A stretch of DNA of 64,000 bases from Octopus bimaculoides (lineage: Eukaryota), in contig NC_069008.1 in the NCBI RefSeq assembly GCF_001194135.2, positions 1,688,808 to 1,752,807 on the forward strand, in the 5' to 3' direction. Of this stretch, positions 62,982-64,000 are shown piece after piece (positions within the stretch are counted from its first letter, which is position 1; each line of letters starts with the position of its first letter). The notes under the pieces are model-generated. The model did no database searches, was not told where the DNA came from, and saw only the letters and a program-made list of their open reading frames with translations. Position numbers and translations under genes: made by a program.

Positions 62982-63530
62982 TATCTTTTACATGCTTCAG
63001 TCATTAGACTGAGGTCTTGAAGTATTTTAGTCGAATGAATCGACTCCAATAATTATTATTTTATAAGCTTGGTATTTATACTATCGGTTTCCTTGTCGAA
63101 CCGGTAAGTTACGTGGACGCAAACACACCAACACTGTTTATCAAGAAGTGGTGGGGGAACAAAACAGACAAAAACATCGCGCGCGCACAACCACACACAG
63201 GCTTTTTTCAGTTTCCGTCGGTAATTTTTCAGATTAACAACACCCGCACGATCTTCATTCACTAGGGTGTTAGGGTTAGGGACGTAATTCCCTAACCCTA
63301 AAACCCTAACCGTAACCCTAAACCTGACCCTAACACCCTAGTGAAGATCGTGCGGGTGTTAATCTGAAAAATTACCTTTCCGTCTACCAAATCTATTCAC
63401 AAGTATTTAGTCGCCCGAGGCTGCAATAGAAGATACTTGCTGCAATAGAAGATACTTGCTCAAGGTGCCATGCAGTAAGACTGAACCCGGAATCAAGTGG
63501 TTGGAAAGAAAGATTCCTTAACACAGCAAC
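62982..63530 (-). mobile_element. SINE family A interrupted by a MITE at 63220-63376
   Basis: The family A segment tcagtttccgtc|taccaaat is split by the insertion. Confidence 0.8.
63220..63376. mobile_element. Merlin-like MITE (157 bp) with 8-bp TSD and inward-facing telomeric-type repeats
   Basis: TSD TTTCCGTC at 63212-63219 and 63377-63384; ~50-bp TIRs starting GGTAA; core ttagggttaggg-acgtaatt-ccctaaccctaa.... Confidence 0.85.
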
Positions 63531-64000
63531 GTCTGAAAATTTCGTTAAAAAATACCAATTTTCTTGAAAGTTAGGAAACTTTCAGGAAAATTTCGACAAA
63601 TGTGAATTGTCTGAAACTCCTCTCCCCATCTCCCTCTTCTCAGGAAAAGTTTTTGTTTCATGACAAATTCCGATATAAATCGTAATCTTCAACGTCTACA
63701 TGGTAATTCGTAGAGAATTTCACTAAAAAAATATCCATTTTCCTGAAAAGTTATGAGAACAAAGTTGAGGTATGAGGAGGGCAGACTTGTGGAGGTAAAG
63801 CCATATCTGTACTCTTTTATTTTCACCACCAACGGACCCACAGGAAGAGGGGAGGGCTTTACAGTCATGTTTGTAACCTAACCATACCACACCCATCGCC
63901 CACATAGCGGCACCATATGCCCCCACCGCCGCCCTTTTACACATGTCTGTTAGTCTGTCTCCTCAATTGTCACCGACCACAGCCGGTTATGGTATATGTA

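Overview
Repeat-dense, AT-rich eukaryotic DNA from a short-read draft assembly. About 16 N-gaps (roughly 6 kb) mostly sit next to (TA)n/(CA)n/(GA)n microsatellites. The repeat families look like those of an octopod cephalopod such as Octopus; this is an inference from remembered repeat consensus, not from a database search. No complete protein-coding gene is visible, and nearly all long ORFs in the track are microsatellite or N-gap artefacts. The window holds at least five tRNA- or LINE-tail-derived SINE families, piggyBac-, Tc1/mariner- and hAT-type MITEs, and decayed RTE, CR1/L2-like, CRE-like and Penelope-like retroelement fragments. The most notable items are: (1) a 157-bp Merlin-like MITE with an 8-bp TSD whose core is inward-facing telomeric repeat (63220-63376); (2) a ~220-bp dispersed element whose 5' and 3' halves separately form ~100-bp and ~120-bp tandem arrays, one with dimeric higher-order structure and one bracketed by inverted SINEs; (3) two degenerate minimal hammerhead-ribozyme-like motifs; (4) a candidate first coding exon on the minus strand (19062-19177); (5) a pre-miRNA-sized hairpin (9184-9252) and a near-perfect 95-bp palindrome (50433-50527). 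The window is most likely intronic or upstream sequence of a large gene, probably transcribed on the minus strand.
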